DNA from: Burkholderiales bacterium
GTDB taxonomy: Bacteria > Pseudomonadota > Gammaproteobacteria > Burkholderiales > Usitatibacteraceae
Length of the DNA: 32,116 nt
Assembly: GCA_031427615.1 (NCBI GenBank)
Contig: JANPNU010000244.1
Coordinates: 1 to 32,116, forward strand
Reading direction: 5' to 3'
Shown: positions 1 to 10,475 of the stretch, in pieces
How the letters are laid out: each line of letters opens with the position of its first letter
Position numbering within the stretch: position 1 is the first letter of the stretch
Program-made: the position numbers and the translations under genes
Notes under the pieces: model-generated
The model's database searches: none
What the model saw: the letters and a program-made list of their open reading frames with translations, nothing else
What the model was told of the DNA's origin: nothing

Positions 1-174
1 CGCCTAGCAGCCTGTCGGACTTAAAGTGAATCGGCTGCAAAATGACCCAATCGGTCCATATTTCCTCGCTTTTCGGTGCAAAGGGGGTCACCATTTGCTT
101 GAAAAGCGAGAAAATCTGTCCTCAATTGGCTCATTTTTCGCACCGATTCTTTAAGGCCGACAGGCTGCTAGGGC
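1..174. repeat. Long imperfect palindrome (two arms of about 87 nt); MITE/ERIC-like intergenic element or structured RNA, possibly cut by the window edge
   Basis: nt 3-26 are the reverse complement of nt 149-172 (23/24). nt 65-74 (ctcgcttttc) pair perfectly with nt 101-110 (gaaaagcgag). nt 28-46 pair with nt 130-149 with small indels, so the arms match along their whole length. No credible ORF. Confidence 0.6.
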
Positions 175-335
175 CCAGAAACGGTCAGTAATTTTTCAAA
201 TCTCGTGATGATTGCGGGTTGCAATGGGCAATGGCACGGTTAATTGAAATATTTCGTAAAAACGGAACCTTGTGACCCTTCCACAAAAATTGGAAACCAA
301 GAATGCATATACAACGGATCAGTCGCCCTGCCCGC

Positions 336-899
336 ATGGTGATTTTTGTAAAAAGAAGTTTAGCTCTGTTATCCATGTTGATATTGCTTGGCGGTTGCGC
401 ATTTACATCGATATTTAAGCAAGATCTGATATTGAGCCATTTGGAAATGACGGATCGATTGGCTGCACGCTTTCCGATAGAACGAAATATTGCTGATCTG
501 TTGCGGGTAAAACTGACCCGCCCGCGGGTGTCGATATTGCCCACAGGCACAACAAAACCCGAATTGCGGCTTGCCGTCGGTGTTGATCTAGAAGTAAATC
601 TGCCGCTTACCGCCAAAACCCATTTTGGTCAGATGACCTTGTCCGGAATGCCGCGTTACGATGAGTCAACACGGGCAATTTTCTTGCAGAACGCCAAGGT
701 GGAGCAGGTTCGTGTTGATAATATGCCCAATGCGTTGTCAGCGGCTCTCGCAAAATCCGCAACCCAGCTTGCCGGGGAACATTTTGGGGAAAGGGCGATT
801 TATACATTGAACAAAACCGAATTTATGCGATTTGGCCAACCTATTCGTGTCGAGAGAATTGAATTACGGCCGAATCAACTGGTGGTGGTATTGAAATAA
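336..899 (+). CDS. DUF1439 (YceB-like) family lipoprotein
   Basis: From the ATG at 336 the N-terminus MVIFVKRSLALLSMLILLGGC has a basic n-region, a hydrophobic core and a lipobox Cys. The body resembles E. coli YceB from memory (RAIFLQNAKVEQVRV, IELRPNQLVVVL near the C-terminus). The track ORF starts at 303; 336 gives the sensible signal peptide. Confidence 0.8.
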   Translation: MVIFVKRSLALLSMLILLGGCAFTSIFKQDLILSHLEMTDRLAARFPIERNIADLLRVKLTRPRVSILPTGTTKPELRLAVGVDLEVNLPLTAKTHFGQMTLSGMPRYDESTRAIFLQNAKVEQVRVDNMPNALSAALAKSATQLAGEHFGERAIYTLNKTEFMRFGQPIRVERIELRPNQLVVVLK

Positions 900-1023
900 G
901 CGCATTGGGTGGCAAATTGAATGACGGCGCGAGGACCAAATCACTGGTATCAAAATTGCCGACCATCGGCCATGAAGAGATACGGCAGATTAATTTTTTT
1001 TACTCATTACACTTAGGTTTTTG

Positions 1024-1869
1024 ATGGACATCGCGCTACTGCTCAAGGCATTCATTCTAGGCATTGTTGAGGGGCTGACGGAATTTTTGCCTGTTTCATC
1101 AACCGGCCATTTGATTTTGGTCGGCGATTTGCTTAGTTTTAACGACGAAAAAGGCAAGGTATTCGAAATTGTCATTCAAGCCGGGGCCATTCTTGCTGTT
1201 TGCTGGGAATATCGGTCGCGTTTGATGAGTACATTTTCCGGAATTGCTCACGATCGTATCGCCCAGCGATTTGCCACCAATTTGCTGATCGCTTTTCTAC
1301 CGTTGGCTGGGCTGGCCTTTTTGTTCAGCAAACACATTAAGGTGCTGTTGTTTCACGCCGTGCCAGTCGCCTTGGCATTTATTGTCGGCGGCGTGGTGAT
1401 TCTTATTGCTGAGCGCTGGTATCAACGCCGGACTGTCGATGAGACTAAGCCGGTCATCAACAGTATTGATGAGTTAACTTGGAAAGATGCATTCAAGCTC
1501 GGTCTGGCGCAATGTTTTGCGCTGATCCCGGGAACTTCGCGATCCGGTGCGACCATCATTGGCGGGTTGTTTTTTGGACTGTCCCGAAAATGCGCCACAG
1601 AGTTTTCATTTTTTCTGGCAATCCCAACGTTGTTTGCAGCGACAATTTATTCGTTATGGAAGGCGCGCGATTTATTGTCCCTGACAGATTGGCCGATGTT
1701 CTCTGTTGGCTTTATTGCTGCGTTTTTGTCTGCCTTTGTTGTGATTCGGTGGCTCATTCGCTACGTATCCACTCACAGCTTCGTGATATTCGCTTGGTAT
1801 AGGATCGTTTTTGGATTGGCCGTGTTGGCAACCGCCTATACCGGCACGGTATCTTGGAGCACGGGCTAA
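1024..1869 (+). CDS. uppP: Undecaprenyl-diphosphate phosphatase (BacA/UppP)
   Basis: Classic UppP motifs [14 protein letters not shown] and [10 protein letters not shown] in a polytopic membrane protein of about 280 aa. ATG at 1024, one codon after the TTG that opens the track ORF. Confidence 0.95.
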   Translation: MDIALLLKAFILGIVEGLTEFLPVSSTGHLILVGDLLSFNDEKGKVFEIVIQAGAILAVCWEYRSRLMSTFSGIAHDRIAQRFATNLLIAFLPLAGLAFLFSKHIKVLLFHAVPVALAFIVGGVVILIAERWYQRRTVDETKPVINSIDELTWKDAFKLGLAQCFALIPGTSRSGATIIGGLFFGLSRKCATEFSFFLAIPTLFAATIYSLWKARDLLSLTDWPMFSVGFIAAFLSAFVVIRWLIRYVSTHSFVIFAWYRIVFGLAVLATAYTGTVSWSTG

Positions 1870-1970
1870 GTATAGAAATCGTTGATTGGCGCGCGACTTG
1901 AGGCAAAAATCGTCCGAAATCGGCGTCTAGAGCCGACTTCTGTCAGAAAACGTGCTCAAGAGTTGGCGGG

Positions 1971-4900
1971 TTAAGTCGCCGATTGCCGCTTGGTAAATTG
2001 CCGGATCAGCACCAGCAGTTGCTCCTCCTGATATGGCTTACCCATATATTCATTTACACCCAATTCGAGTGCGCGATTGCGGTGTTTATCTGCAGTTCGC
2101 GACGTAATCATGATGATTGGAATATGTTTGGTCTTCTGATCAGCGCGAACGTTTCGGGCAAATTCGAAACCATCCATGCGGGGCATTTCAATATCCAGCA
2201 AGATAAGATCTGGCTCGATATCCTGCAGCTGCTGCAATGCATCTACACCGTCTTTTGCAGTCGCCACTTCAAAGTGTTCGCGCGTCAACATGCGGCTGGT
2301 GATTTTCCGCACCGTCAACGAGTCGTCAACCACCATCACCAATGGATTTGCCCGCAGGCGTTGGGCATTCTCACCGGCCATAAAGGTACTGTCGGTATTG
2401 TCAGCAAACGCCTCGGCAAGCGATACCCCAGCCGGTACCACCTGCTCGGTCTCGCCGCCCATCCTGATTGACGACGGCCCCGTTTCGTCCGCGGTGGATG
2501 AAAAAACCGTCGCCAGCTTGTCAGACACACTTTGATCAATGGTAACAGTTGCGGCTTCACGGAATACCAATTTCACCGGATTCATGATCAACACAACCTG
2601 GCCGGAGCCCATTACGGTTGCGCCGGCAATTCCTGGAATACGAGCGAGCTGCGGACCAATCGACTTAACCACAATCTCGCGATTGCCAATTATGTTGTCG
2701 ACTTGAACGGCCGCGCGTTGTTGTGCGCTTTTTGCCAGAATGACAAAAGCATGACGCTGCGCGGAAACCTTGGGTTTGCCGCCGAGGATGACTTCCATAG
2801 AGCGTAATGGATATCTATTTCCATTCCATTCAATTTCATTCAGCTTCAGCAATGGTTCGTAACGTTTGCCTTTGTATTCCTGAACCTGTTCAATCATCAC
2901 CGATGGAATGGCGTATGTTGTATCGCCCACGGTCACCATCACCGCCTGTGTTACGGCCAAGGTTAACGGCAAAGCGATGGTAAATGTTGTGCCGTGCCCT
3001 GCGCTGGAGGCAATATCGATTCGGCCACCCAGTGAGATAATTTCATTGCGTACAACGTCCATGCCCACGCCGCGCCCGGCAAGATGTGTAATTCCGTCCG
3101 CTGTCGAGAAACCAGCGGCAAAAATAAACTGGGTAAGTTGCGCATCGGTGACAACGGCATGGGCGTCCAACATGCCTCTTTCAATGGCTTTTGCGCGAAT
3201 GCGTTTGAAATTCAAACCAGCGCCGTCGTCCGCGATAGTTAACACCACTTCATTGCCGATCTGGCGGGCATCAATGGAAATTTCACCAATCTCGGATTTT
3301 CCGGCAGCGGCACGCACTGAAGGTAGTTCCAAGCCGTGCGCGACCGCATTGCGCAGCAAATGTTCAAATGGTGAGGTGATTTTTTCCAACACGGATCGAT
3401 CAATTTCAACCCGCACGCCACGGAATTCAAGATTGGCTTTTTTGTCGATTTCTTTGGCTGTTTGCCGTATCAGGCGATAAAAACGATCCTGTAGATTGCC
3501 CAGCGGAACCAATCGGACGCCCATCAACCCCTGCTGCAGGTCACGATTGAGTCGGCTTTGCTGCAATAACGCCGAATCCGCTTCGTCGATATTTTTCGCC
3601 AATGATTGCTGCAGCGTGATCACATCATTCAGGCTTTCGGCCATGAATCGTGTCAATTCTTGCATGCGCGAAAAACGGTCAAATTCGAGCGGATCAAACT
3701 GCTCGCCGAGCGTTTCCGCTTCCTTGATGCGTGATTGAATCTGCGATTCCGCGCCAATTTCAACTTCACGCAGCTGTACTTTCATCCGCGCAACGTTATC
3801 GTTCAATTCCAACAATGCTTTTTTGAACGCCTGTACTTCAAGGTCAACTCGTGAACGGGCGATCGCCAATTCGCCTGCTTCGTTCACAAACCGGTCAATT
3901 AAGTCCGCATTTACCCGCAGCAACGCCTGACGTTCGCGACCCTCGAGTTTTTCACCCTCGGCGACAATCTCCGCGCGGGCAGCGGCAATCGCCGCCATAG
4001 GTGCTGGCAACAGGCTCGATATTTGCGCCGCAACTGCCGACTCAATTGGAATCTCGATGATCGGTGAAAGATCACCCGCGCTTAAACTTTCCAGCACATT
4101 GCTAAACCGATCAAGACGATCGTCAATGGCATCAAAATCGCCGACCGACGGTGCCGGCTGGCGATCCATATTAATGATGCGCTCTTCCATTGCATGGGCC
4201 AGCTCACCCAGACGCATCAAACCGGCCATACGAGCCGAGCCTTTTAAGGTGTGTAAATGGCGGGCAAGTTCATTAACCGGCGCGTGATTGTCCGGTGTGG
4301 CACGCCAGCTGCGAAGCGCATTGCCAACTTGTGGCGCGATTTCTTTTGCTTCTTCCAAAAAGATTGGCAACAGGTCGATATCAATGTCGTCCTTGACCGC
4401 CCGCCGATCTTTACCGGATTCAAATACTGGCTGATTGGACACACTTGAACTTTGAACCGGCTCGCCCTGTTTTGGTGGAGCAGGGGTTGGTGCAGCGGTC
4501 GGTTCAGCGACGATGGTTTCCGGTGCACTGGCAACAAATACGGCAGTCGCAGCGACGAGGTCTGCAGATGTTGCAATGGCAAAAATATCGATAGGGTCTG
4601 GTGCAAAGTTTGGCGTGACTGCTTCGGGTGGCTCATTCGGAAAAACAGGCGATAGCGCAGTTGTGGCGACCGGCTCATTCGCAGCGGATGTCGGTGCATC
4701 ACTCGGTTGCAGGTCAATCTCAACGGTTGGTATCTCTGACAGCCCAATGGATTCAGGCGATGCCGAGAAATCGATGATGTCAATTGCCTGCTGCTCTGCT
4801 TCAACCGGAGCCGATGGCAGCATGTTTGCTGGCGCTTCGACAGACGCGGCATCGGCCGTTGCAAAAGGTATTCTCAGGTGGGTGCCTTCGCCGATGCGCG

Positions 4901-7900
4901 CCGATGACTTTAATTCTTCGCGCAAATTAACCAGCAGCGCAACAATGTCCTGACGGGTGTCCGGATACTCACAGCTGTATAACGCCAGCACCATACTAGC
5001 CAGCGCATCAACCGCCTGACGTGTTCCGAGCGTGCGTTTTTCGTCAAACGCAGGCACCAATTCGATGGCGCCGGTCAGCCATTTTTCCAGGGCAAAGGCG
5101 ACAACTGCAATGGACTCGAATCCGGTCGTCCGCGACGAACTGGTTAATGTGTGTGCTGCCCGCATGAAGTCGTGCGAAACCGGGGTGAGCGGATTGGCCT
5201 CGATGGCGGCCATCTCGTTTTCGAGTACTTCAATATGCAGACTTGATTCGCCTAGGTAAATTTCGTAAAGCGGTTGCGACAGACGTACGTGGCCAACGAG
5301 AATTTCATCGTTTTCAACACCGTCTTGTTTGCTGTCATTCACTAATGCAGCTTCGTCAGCCGTCGATGGCGCGAGTGCCGGCAACTCGGCAAAAATATCG
5401 ATTGTTTCTTCGCTTGCGACAGCGCCCTGATCAACCAACCCGCCGATGCCAACTGTATTACTGTCGGACGCGTGGCCGGAGGCACCAAACTCGAGTTCCG
5501 TCAGCTCGTTTGTTCCTTGTTCATCAGGGGTGGAAGCCGCGGCTGGTGATGGGTATTCAACTGCCGGCAATGTGGCTGTTGCATTTGAGATTTCAGCAGC
5601 AGACGGTACGCTCGGTATCGGGATTGCGCCACTAGTCTGGGGGTCGCCGGCGACGACTGTCAGCTCTTTGTCGTTTTTCAGTAACTCACAAACCGATTCA
5701 ATACGAGTGGCGTCAATCGCCGCCGTCCCGTTGGATTGTAGTAACCCCACCCAACTTGCAAAGCTGTCCGACGCTTCCGAAATTAGCAGAAGTAATCCAG
5801 GTGAAGCGACTTTTTCACCCTTCAGCCACTTATTCATCACCTGCTCACAGCTCCACGCAACTTCGCCTAAATCCGTCAGACCAACCATCCGGCCGGACCC
5901 CTTCAACGTGTGAAATCCACGTCGAATGGTAACCAGCGCTTCTTTGTCATGCGAGGATTCGCGAACAATCTCCAGACTTTCGCGAATGGTGGCGACCACC
6001 TCGGTCGCCTCTTCAAGAAATATGTCGAGCAGCTCTTGATCAACTTCCGACGCGGGCGCATCGATAAGCTGGACAACTTGTGGTGTGGGCGCATCAGCCG
6101 GTTTGGCTGGAGCGATGTCGGCAAGCGCTGCGCGGACCCCGGTAATATTGGGATCAAACGACGCATCAATGGCCCGCAATGACGTTTCGGACGATTTTAC
6201 GGCGGAGGAATCACCGGAAACTTCCGCGTTCTGTTTGAGTTCCTCGACAGCCTCGCGTAAAAGGTTGCGTGTGGCAGCGTCGTCTGGCTGCTGTTTCCAA
6301 TCCGAATAAAGCGCCTGCACTTTTTGTTTATCGACCTCAACATCCGCTTTTGAAACCGGCGATTTGATCAGGCTGCCCTCGCCAACGGCGGGCTTATTGG
6401 CCAAGCCAAACCGAATCAGGGCGGGAAGCAATGCGGCACGCGCGTCAGCCGCGTTTTGCTGCATCGCCGAAATAAATAACCCCATCGCCGAAACCCCTTC
6501 GGCAACAGCTTCGGCGTCGTCATCCACGCCTTTGATCGCACCAGACGAAAATAATGCGACCCGTTCGCGTAGCATTTGATTCAGCGCAGCCGCTTCATTC
6601 AACTCGAGAATTGACAACGCGCCTTGAACCTGCGAAAAAAGCGTCGGCAATGTTGCCAATTCGGCGGTTTTAATCGGGTCGCGGAAAAAAGCGTCAAGTG
6701 TTCCCTCAATGGTTGAAAGATTGACTTGAATTTCTTGCCCCACTTGGAACATCAGCAAGCGTTCTTGCGCCCGCCGGGTAAAATCATCCATTAATGCATT
6801 GGTAGACGCATCCAGCGCCGGTAGCGGCGTGCCGGACATAGCGCCCTTGATGCGACCAATCACACCATTCGCCTGGCCGGTAAATTCCGGGGAAAGCCGG
6901 TCAAAATTTTCGAGTGACGACTCAGCAAATAATAGTGCGGACGCCACTTCCAGCGCCTGAACTTCGGTGGCGGGCATGCCGGTTTTTTTCAAATGTGGTC
7001 CCACCAGCCCAAGCACGCGTAGTAACTCCGCCATGCCGGCATTGGGCAGAGGGTGGGCATGCTGCGCCAACATGGCGCCCTGTTCCACAAACGCTTCCAA
7101 CGCAGCGCGATTGCCGCTGGTAAATTTAAGCCAGTTTTCCTTGCCGGTTTGCACTTGGTCACGAAGTGACCGAACCAGCGTTCGCACCGCCTCACTCGAA
7201 GCGGAATCGCTCACCGGCGCGGCGGCAAGCAATTCATCCAGACGATACAGTGCACGAATATTGCGAATCCGTTCGGTGCTCGTTTTGGATTTACCAATTA
7301 CAAGCAGCAGGTCGCGAAACAGGCGCTCCGGTACTTTTTGCACACCTTCGATTAACAATTTGATCTGTTGATCGATTTTGCCAAACAGCTGGACCGCAAT
7401 GGTGCCCGCTTCGGCGGGGTTGGTCGCAACGGTGTCAAAAAAACCACTGGCGGTGTACCAGAAGGCACGTGTTGGCGACGTTACCTGCAGGGCCTCAATT
7501 GCCATGGTCGCGTTGCGCATATCACGAGCGCCACCCGACAAATCTTTTTCTCGCAGCAATTTCAGTAACCCTGCCTGATACAAACTGCGCCGTCGCTTAA
7601 CTGCTTCTGTCAGCATATCTGACTTCGGTAGAGCAACCGTATCCTCCGGCATTGGCACGGCCACGTTTAAGTCCGGCGAAAACAAATCGCTTTCCGCGGC
7701 GCTGTTTTCACCGCGCCCCCGGTTGACCGCGAGGTAGGCCGGCACCAATGACATAGGACGATCCGCCGCGCCCGACATCAACGAATCCAGATAGGCTGAA
7801 AGTGAACCGGTGGCCTGTTTGGCAAGCGCGACGCGCTCCTTGATTACCGCCTGTGCATCTGCGCTGCCCAGACCAGCGACCAGTGCCTCAATTTCCTCAG

Positions 7901-8111
7901 AAAATTTTGTGGCCGCACCCAGACCCACCATTGAAAGCGCACCGGTTACTTGGTGAAGGTGCGTCGATACATATTTAAGAGCCTTAACATCACTTGCATC
8001 AACGGCAAGCTTGTCAAGATTGGATCGTGCCTCTGCAAGCGAGTGCTCAATCTCGGTTTTAACCCAAGAGAGTGGTCCTAAATCCAGTGTTGATGGCGTT
8101 GTCGGGTTCAT
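1971..8111 (-). CDS. chpA: ChpA/PilL-type hybrid CheA histidine kinase of the type IV pilus chemosensory system (multiple Hpt modules, kinase core, CheW-like domain, C-terminal receiver)
   Basis: 2046 aa. Hpt motifs: THLHQVTGAL (His53, nt 7953-7955), GFHTLKGSG (His734, 5910-5912), AAHTLTSSS (His987, 5151-5153), HLHTLKGSA (His1287, 4251-4253). Kinase N-box EHLLRNAVAHG, G1 DDGAG, G2 GRGVGMD. CheW-like segment at about aa 1722-1850. Receiver domain LVMVVDDS...LILLDIEMP (Asp1973, nt 2193-2195)...GKPY. Lies directly downstream of pilJ. Confidence 0.95.
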   Translation of the reverse strand: MNPTTPSTLDLGPLSWVKTEIEHSLAEARSNLDKLAVDASDVKALKYVSTHLHQVTGALSMVGLGAATKFSEEIEALVAGLGSADAQAVIKERVALAKQATGSLSAYLDSLMSGAADRPMSLVPAYLAVNRGRGENSAAESDLFSPDLNVAVPMPEDTVALPKSDMLTEAVKRRRSLYQAGLLKLLREKDLSGGARDMRNATMAIEALQVTSPTRAFWYTASGFFDTVATNPAEAGTIAVQLFGKIDQQIKLLIEGVQKVPERLFRDLLLVIGKSKTSTERIRNIRALYRLDELLAAAPVSDSASSEAVRTLVRSLRDQVQTGKENWLKFTSGNRAALEAFVEQGAMLAQHAHPLPNAGMAELLRVLGLVGPHLKKTGMPATEVQALEVASALLFAESSLENFDRLSPEFTGQANGVIGRIKGAMSGTPLPALDASTNALMDDFTRRAQERLLMFQVGQEIQVNLSTIEGTLDAFFRDPIKTAELATLPTLFSQVQGALSILELNEAAALNQMLRERVALFSSGAIKGVDDDAEAVAEGVSAMGLFISAMQQNAADARAALLPALIRFGLANKPAVGEGSLIKSPVSKADVEVDKQKVQALYSDWKQQPDDAATRNLLREAVEELKQNAEVSGDSSAVKSSETSLRAIDASFDPNITGVRAALADIAPAKPADAPTPQVVQLIDAPASEVDQELLDIFLEEATEVVATIRESLEIVRESSHDKEALVTIRRGFHTLKGSGRMVGLTDLGEVAWSCEQVMNKWLKGEKVASPGLLLLISEASDSFASWVGLLQSNGTAAIDATRIESVCELLKNDKELTVVAGDPQTSGAIPIPSVPSAAEISNATATLPAVEYPSPAAASTPDEQGTNELTELEFGASGHASDSNTVGIGGLVDQGAVASEETIDIFAELPALAPSTADEAALVNDSKQDGVENDEILVGHVRLSQPLYEIYLGESSLHIEVLENEMAAIEANPLTPVSHDFMRAAHTLTSSSRTTGFESIAVVAFALEKWLTGAIELVPAFDEKRTLGTRQAVDALASMVLALYSCEYPDTRQDIVALLVNLREELKSSARIGEGTHLRIPFATADAASVEAPANMLPSAPVEAEQQAIDIIDFSASPESIGLSEIPTVEIDLQPSDAPTSAANEPVATTALSPVFPNEPPEAVTPNFAPDPIDIFAIATSADLVAATAVFVASAPETIVAEPTAAPTPAPPKQGEPVQSSSVSNQPVFESGKDRRAVKDDIDIDLLPIFLEEAKEIAPQVGNALRSWRATPDNHAPVNELARHLHTLKGSARMAGLMRLGELAHAMEERIINMDRQPAPSVGDFDAIDDRLDRFSNVLESLSAGDLSPIIEIPIESAVAAQISSLLPAPMAAIAAARAEIVAEGEKLEGRERQALLRVNADLIDRFVNEAGELAIARSRVDLEVQAFKKALLELNDNVARMKVQLREVEIGAESQIQSRIKEAETLGEQFDPLEFDRFSRMQELTRFMAESLNDVITLQQSLAKNIDEADSALLQQSRLNRDLQQGLMGVRLVPLGNLQDRFYRLIRQTAKEIDKKANLEFRGVRVEIDRSVLEKITSPFEHLLRNAVAHGLELPSVRAAAGKSEIGEISIDARQIGNEVVLTIADDGAGLNFKRIRAKAIERGMLDAHAVVTDAQLTQFIFAAGFSTADGITHLAGRGVGMDVVRNEIISLGGRIDIASSAGHGTTFTIALPLTLAVTQAVMVTVGDTTYAIPSVMIEQVQEYKGKRYEPLLKLNEIEWNGNRYPLRSMEVILGGKPKVSAQRHAFVILAKSAQQRAAVQVDNIIGNREIVVKSIGPQLARIPGIAGATVMGSGQVVLIMNPVKLVFREAATVTIDQSVSDKLATVFSSTADETGPSSIRMGGETEQVVPAGVSLAEAFADNTDSTFMAGENAQRLRANPLVMVVDDSLTVRKITSRMLTREHFEVATAKDGVDALQQLQDIEPDLILLDIEMPRMDGFEFARNVRADQKTKHIPIIMITSRTADKHRNRALELGVNEYMGKPYQEEQLLVLIRQFTKRQSAT

Positions 8112-8144
8112 TAATACGGCATGCCGTTTTCTTTTACTGTCTAT

Positions 8145-10475
8145 TTACAGCTTGAAGCCGGAAACAGACGCCTTCAAATCTGAAGCCACGTCTGCGAGAT
8201 CTTTAATGGAATTCGCTGTTTGTTGTGTACCAGCCGTTGTTTGGCGATTAATTTCCAAAATATCCTGCATGTTGCGCGCTACCTTATTTGCTGATGCCGC
8301 CTGAGCCTGTGTGTCGTTTGAAATTTTTTCAATTAGGTTGGCAAGGTTTTTGGTCACCGAATCAATTTCGTTCAAGGCTTGACCGGCCGCGTCAGATAGC
8401 TTGGCCCCTTCAACCACACCCGTCGTTGATTTTTCCATCGCAGCGACCGCGTCCTGGGTATCAGCTTGGATGGTTTTTACAATGGCGCCGATTTGTTTGG
8501 TCGCTTCACCAGAACGTTCGGCCAGTCGTTGCACCTCTTCCGCAACCACCGAAAAGCCGCGTCCGGCTTCACCAGCGGAGGCCGCCTGAATTGCCGCATT
8601 TAACGCCAGCACGTTGGTTTGTTCGGTAATGTCAGAAATCAACTCAACAATCTCACCAATTTCCTGAGAGGACTCGCCGAGCCGCTTGATTCGTTTTGAT
8701 GTCTCCTGAATCTGGTCGCGAATATCGTTCATGCCGGAAATGGAGTTTTGCACCGCATTACGGCCCTTATCGGCCGCAGCCAACGACCGCAACGCTACCT
8801 TGGAGGACTCTTCGGCGTTGGTTGACACAGTTGACAACGTATTTGCCACCGTCAACACTTGTTCGGTTGTCATTTGAATTTCTCTTGACTGCTTTTCCGC
8901 GGCATCCAGCAACTGCACCGACACGGCCTGCGCTTGATGCGATCTCGCCGACACCTGGTTTGACGCATTGTTAACACCCGTTACCAGGGCGCGTAACTCA
9001 TCAATTGTGTAATTCATCGAGTCAGCGATCGCACCGGTAATGTCTTCTGTCACCTTTGCCCGTATTGTTAAGTCACCGTCAGCCAAGTCGCCCATTTCAT
9101 TCAACAATCGCAAAATCGCTTCCTGGTTACGTTTGTTTTCCAGTTCGGATTCCACACCGCGTTTGCGCTCATTCACCAGATACGAATAACCAATCGCACC
9201 GATTGTGACAAACATCAACACACCAAACGCCGCCGCAAGAATAAGCGGTAAATGCCCGGTTTCTGCAGCCAGCGCGTTTTGCATCAGCTCCACGTTGGAT
9301 AGCAGCTGTTCCGAACCCTGTTGAAGGGCGCGGCCAGACTGCCGCGCAGAAATCAGTTTTTGCACATTGTCCAAAATCGGTTTGACGTTACCTTCGAAAC
9401 TCGTAAACGATTCGCGAAGTTTTGCAACCCGAGCACGATTTTCACCGGTCACAGCCGACACGCCAACTGCGTCCGAGCCGCTCTCAAGTGCCTTGACCAG
9501 GTCACGAAAGTCGTTGGTGTCCTTGCCCATCAGAAAGGTCACTTCCGGATCAATGATTTCTGCGCCAAGAATTTCGGCGGAGCCGCGACCAAGACGTTCA
9601 GCCAAAAAGGTAAGCCGGTTCACTTTTAAAACTTGGGCAGGGTTGGTGCCCGACTGCTGCAACGCAACCGTTAATTGTTGAGAAATACCTGCCAGCTCCT
9701 CCGAGCCCGCTCGCACTTGCGAAACGTTTCGACTTAGGTTGCTCAAGTCATTTTTAGCGGCGAGAATTGCGGTTGCGGCATTTGATGCGTCTTGATATCG
9801 CCTGGTCAACTCCTCTAGGCGCGATGTCAGCTCTTCGGAAATTTTGGCGTGGGGGACTTTGGAGTTGAATGCCTCGCCACCGTTATTCAGCACATCCATG
9901 TAAATTTGAAATTGGTCTCGACTGTCCTGCAATTGCGGAAACGCATTCAGGTCACCACGGGCGGCAAGTCCTGCGGACTTTGCCAATCGCTGGGTGTGGA
10001 ACTGCAGTTGTGAAGTGATGTTGGTCCAGGTCGAAATGTTGCCGCGATTTATCGTGTCAAACGCGATCGCGCCAAGCATGAAAGTAAAGCAAACACCGGC
10101 AAGCGTTCCGAGCACCTGAAGTTGCACTTGAAGGGAATATTTCCCCAACATCGGCAAACTGAACCCACTCGCATCACTCCTCGGTTTCGCCGTCTTGTTG
10201 GCTGCAACCGTGGCGGCAATTTTCTTAGTTTGATCGCCGGTATTGCCAAAGCCGGAGTTGGTGGTCGGACCGGTCGTCGCTTTTGTTGCGGTTGTCGTGC
10301 TGGTCAACGCGTTTACCTTTTTCTTCGCGGAAAAAAGCGAACCAAATAGGCCTCCGTCGTCGGCCTTTTTGGCCGGTTGGGATTTGGATACGGAGGACGA
10401 GCCGCTAGATGTCTTGGACAAGTCTGGATTGGCTTTGTCCTTCAGAAAGGACGGCGTAGATATTTTGAATGCCAT
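8145..10475 (-). CDS. pilJ: Methyl-accepting chemotaxis protein PilJ (type IV pilus chemoreceptor)
   Basis: 776 aa with two TM segments (about aa 117-139 and [25 protein letters not shown]). Conserved MCP signalling hairpin [43 protein letters not shown] Shine-Dalgarno 8 nt upstream of the ATG at 10475. Sits between pilI and chpA. Confidence 0.93.
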   Translation of the reverse strand: MAFKISTPSFLKDKANPDLSKTSSGSSSVSKSQPAKKADDGGLFGSLFSAKKKVNALTSTTTATKATTGPTTNSGFGNTGDQTKKIAATVAANKTAKPRSDASGFSLPMLGKYSLQVQLQVLGTLAGVCFTFMLGAIAFDTINRGNISTWTNITSQLQFHTQRLAKSAGLAARGDLNAFPQLQDSRDQFQIYMDVLNNGGEAFNSKVPHAKISEELTSRLEELTRRYQDASNAATAILAAKNDLSNLSRNVSQVRAGSEELAGISQQLTVALQQSGTNPAQVLKVNRLTFLAERLGRGSAEILGAEIIDPEVTFLMGKDTNDFRDLVKALESGSDAVGVSAVTGENRARVAKLRESFTSFEGNVKPILDNVQKLISARQSGRALQQGSEQLLSNVELMQNALAAETGHLPLILAAAFGVLMFVTIGAIGYSYLVNERKRGVESELENKRNQEAILRLLNEMGDLADGDLTIRAKVTEDITGAIADSMNYTIDELRALVTGVNNASNQVSARSHQAQAVSVQLLDAAEKQSREIQMTTEQVLTVANTLSTVSTNAEESSKVALRSLAAADKGRNAVQNSISGMNDIRDQIQETSKRIKRLGESSQEIGEIVELISDITEQTNVLALNAAIQAASAGEAGRGFSVVAEEVQRLAERSGEATKQIGAIVKTIQADTQDAVAAMEKSTTGVVEGAKLSDAAGQALNEIDSVTKNLANLIEKISNDTQAQAASANKVARNMQDILEINRQTTAGTQQTANSIKDLADVASDLKASVSGFKL

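Noticed and set aside
42-191. 49-codon ORF (MTQSVHISSLFGAKG...) inside the left-edge palindrome.
   Set aside because: There is no ribosome-binding site. The ORF spans both arms of a palindrome, so its openness is a symmetry by-product, and the composition is unremarkable.
232-247. Sigma-54-like TGGCAC followed by TTGA upstream of the lipoprotein gene.
   Set aside because: The -12 element is displaced by one nucleotide relative to the GG-N10-GC spacing and reads TTGA rather than TTGC. A similar off-register match occurs inside pilQ (about 27236), which shows how easily chance produces this.
1916-1940. Imperfect hairpin (tcggc / gccga with a 7-nt loop) between the convergent uppP and chpA genes, as a possible bidirectional terminator.
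   Set aside because: There are only 5 contiguous base pairs and no adjacent U-tract on either strand. This is too weak to call.
2908-5913. Several long ORFs inside chpA, either on the opposite strand or in another frame (2908..3480 plus strand, 4244..4864 minus strand, 4513..4953 plus strand, 5446..5913 plus strand, and others).
   Set aside because: They lie wholly within a CDS that carries unmistakable CheA, Hpt and receiver motifs. Their translations are Arg/Ser/Cys/Pro-biased with no motif. They look like typical shadow ORFs.
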